NCBI RefSeq assembly: GCF_006345805.1 | Contig: NC_043023.1 | Location: forward strand, 2,542,001 to 2,606,000 | From: Octopus sinensis | Lineage: Eukaryota | Length of the DNA: 64,000 bases | Direction: 5' to 3' | In this document: piece after piece, positions 62,930 to 64,000 of the stretch | Position numbering within the stretch: position 1 is the first letter of the stretch | Layout of the letters: each line of letters begins with the position of its first letter | The notes under the pieces: generated by a model | The model's input: the letters and a program-made list of their open reading frames with translations, nothing else | Told to the model about the DNA's origin: nothing | The model's database searches: none | Position numbers and translations under genes: made by a program

Positions 62930-63507
62930 AAGGAAGGAAATGGTAAGAAGGAAAAACAGAAAGAAGGAAGGAAATGGTAAGAAGGAAAAACAGAAAGAAG
63001 GAAGGAAATGGTAGGAAGGAAAAACAGAAAGGGGGAAGGAAATGGTAAGAAGGAAAAACAGAAAGAAGGAAGGAAATGGTAGGAAGGAAAAACAGAAAGG
63101 GGGAAGGAAATGGTAGGAAGGAAAAACAGAAAGGGGGAAGGAAATGGTAAGAAGGAAAAACAGAAAGAAGGAAGGAAATGGTAGGAAGGAAAAACAGAAA
63201 GGGGGAAGGAAATGGTAGGAAGGAAAAACAGAAAGGGGGAAGGAAATGGTAAGAAGGAAAAACAGAAAGGGGGAAGGAAATGGTAGGAAGGAAAAACAGA
63301 AAGGGGGAAGGAAATGGTAAAAGGAAAAAACAGAAAGAAGAAGGAATGGTAGGAAGGAAAAACAGAAAGGGGGAAGGAAATGGTAAGAAGGAAAAACAGA
63401 AAGAAGGAAGAAATGGTAGGAAGGAAAAACAGAAAGAAGGAAGGAAATGGTAGGAAGGAAAAACAGAAAGGGGGAAGGAAATGGTAAGAAGGAAAAACAG
63501 AAAGGGG
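62930..63507. repeat. 34-bp polypurine minisatellite, ~17 copies
   Basis: Unit GGAAATGGTAGGAAGGAAAAACAGAAAGGGGGAA. Confidence 0.95.
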
Positions 63508-63571
63508 TAATGTCCCCTTCCCCTAACTTGGTGCATCTGCAAGAAATGATGGGACGTAAAAGGACCACTGC

Positions 63572-63603
<32 letters not shown>

Positions 63604-63848
63604 ATACACACACACGCATACACCCACACACACACTCACACATACACACACACACCCACATACACACACACACATACACACTCACACATACACACACCCA
63701 CCCACCCAACCACCCAACCACCCACCCACATACACACACATACACACACACCCCACATACACACACATACACCCACACCCACATACACACATACACACAC
63801 ATACACCCACACACACACACATATACACACACATACACATGCAGAGGC

Positions 63849-64000
63849 TCTTCCATGTCTGTCAGTGAGCAGCGCCAACCGATGATCACCGACCAATCAG
63901 TTTCCTCAGCCATCCCAGCTCTTCATCTTCGTGCCCCCCCCCCCCGACCGCACCCAGCCTCCGCATCTGTAGGTGTTGATAAGATGTCAGACAAGACAAA
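63849..64000 (+). CDS. Candidate exon running off the window end
   Basis: GC-richer unique sequence after CATGCAG; open frame [52 protein letters not shown]; weak acceptor. Confidence 0.2.

Noticed and set aside
62628-63913. 335-aa and 379-aa ORFs
   Set aside because: They run through the 34-bp minisatellite and (CA)n; no stop codons because of composition

Overview
AT-rich, repeat-saturated animal DNA. It is most likely cephalopod (Octopus-like), inferred from the SINE families and extreme microsatellite load. There is no intact long gene: nearly all long ORFs in the track are translations of (TA)n/(CA)n/(TG)n/(TTA)n/(TTC)n repeats, and only a few weak candidate host exons were found. The window is a mosaic of tRNA-derived and CORE-like SINEs, decayed LINE pieces (CR1, R4/Dong-like with RLE endonuclease, RTE), two internally deleted mariner copies, a piggyBac derivative, decayed hAT transposase and Helentron-type non-autonomous elements, plus a 100-N gap. 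The most striking signal is about 20 type I hammerhead ribozyme motifs (CUGANGA...GAAA...UH, most with a complementary stem I) from many sequence-unrelated families. Most have a palindromic (dimer-type) stem III. Several have a very long stem II, several sit as outward-facing pairs in fold-back palindromes, and two share a CUGUNGA core variant. This is consistent with Penelope-like/retrozyme retroelements (inference). One hammerhead palindrome carries a mariner insertion, which itself carries a TTAA-flanked piggyBac insertion. All structures and translations were read by eye; coordinates of repeat boundaries are approximate.
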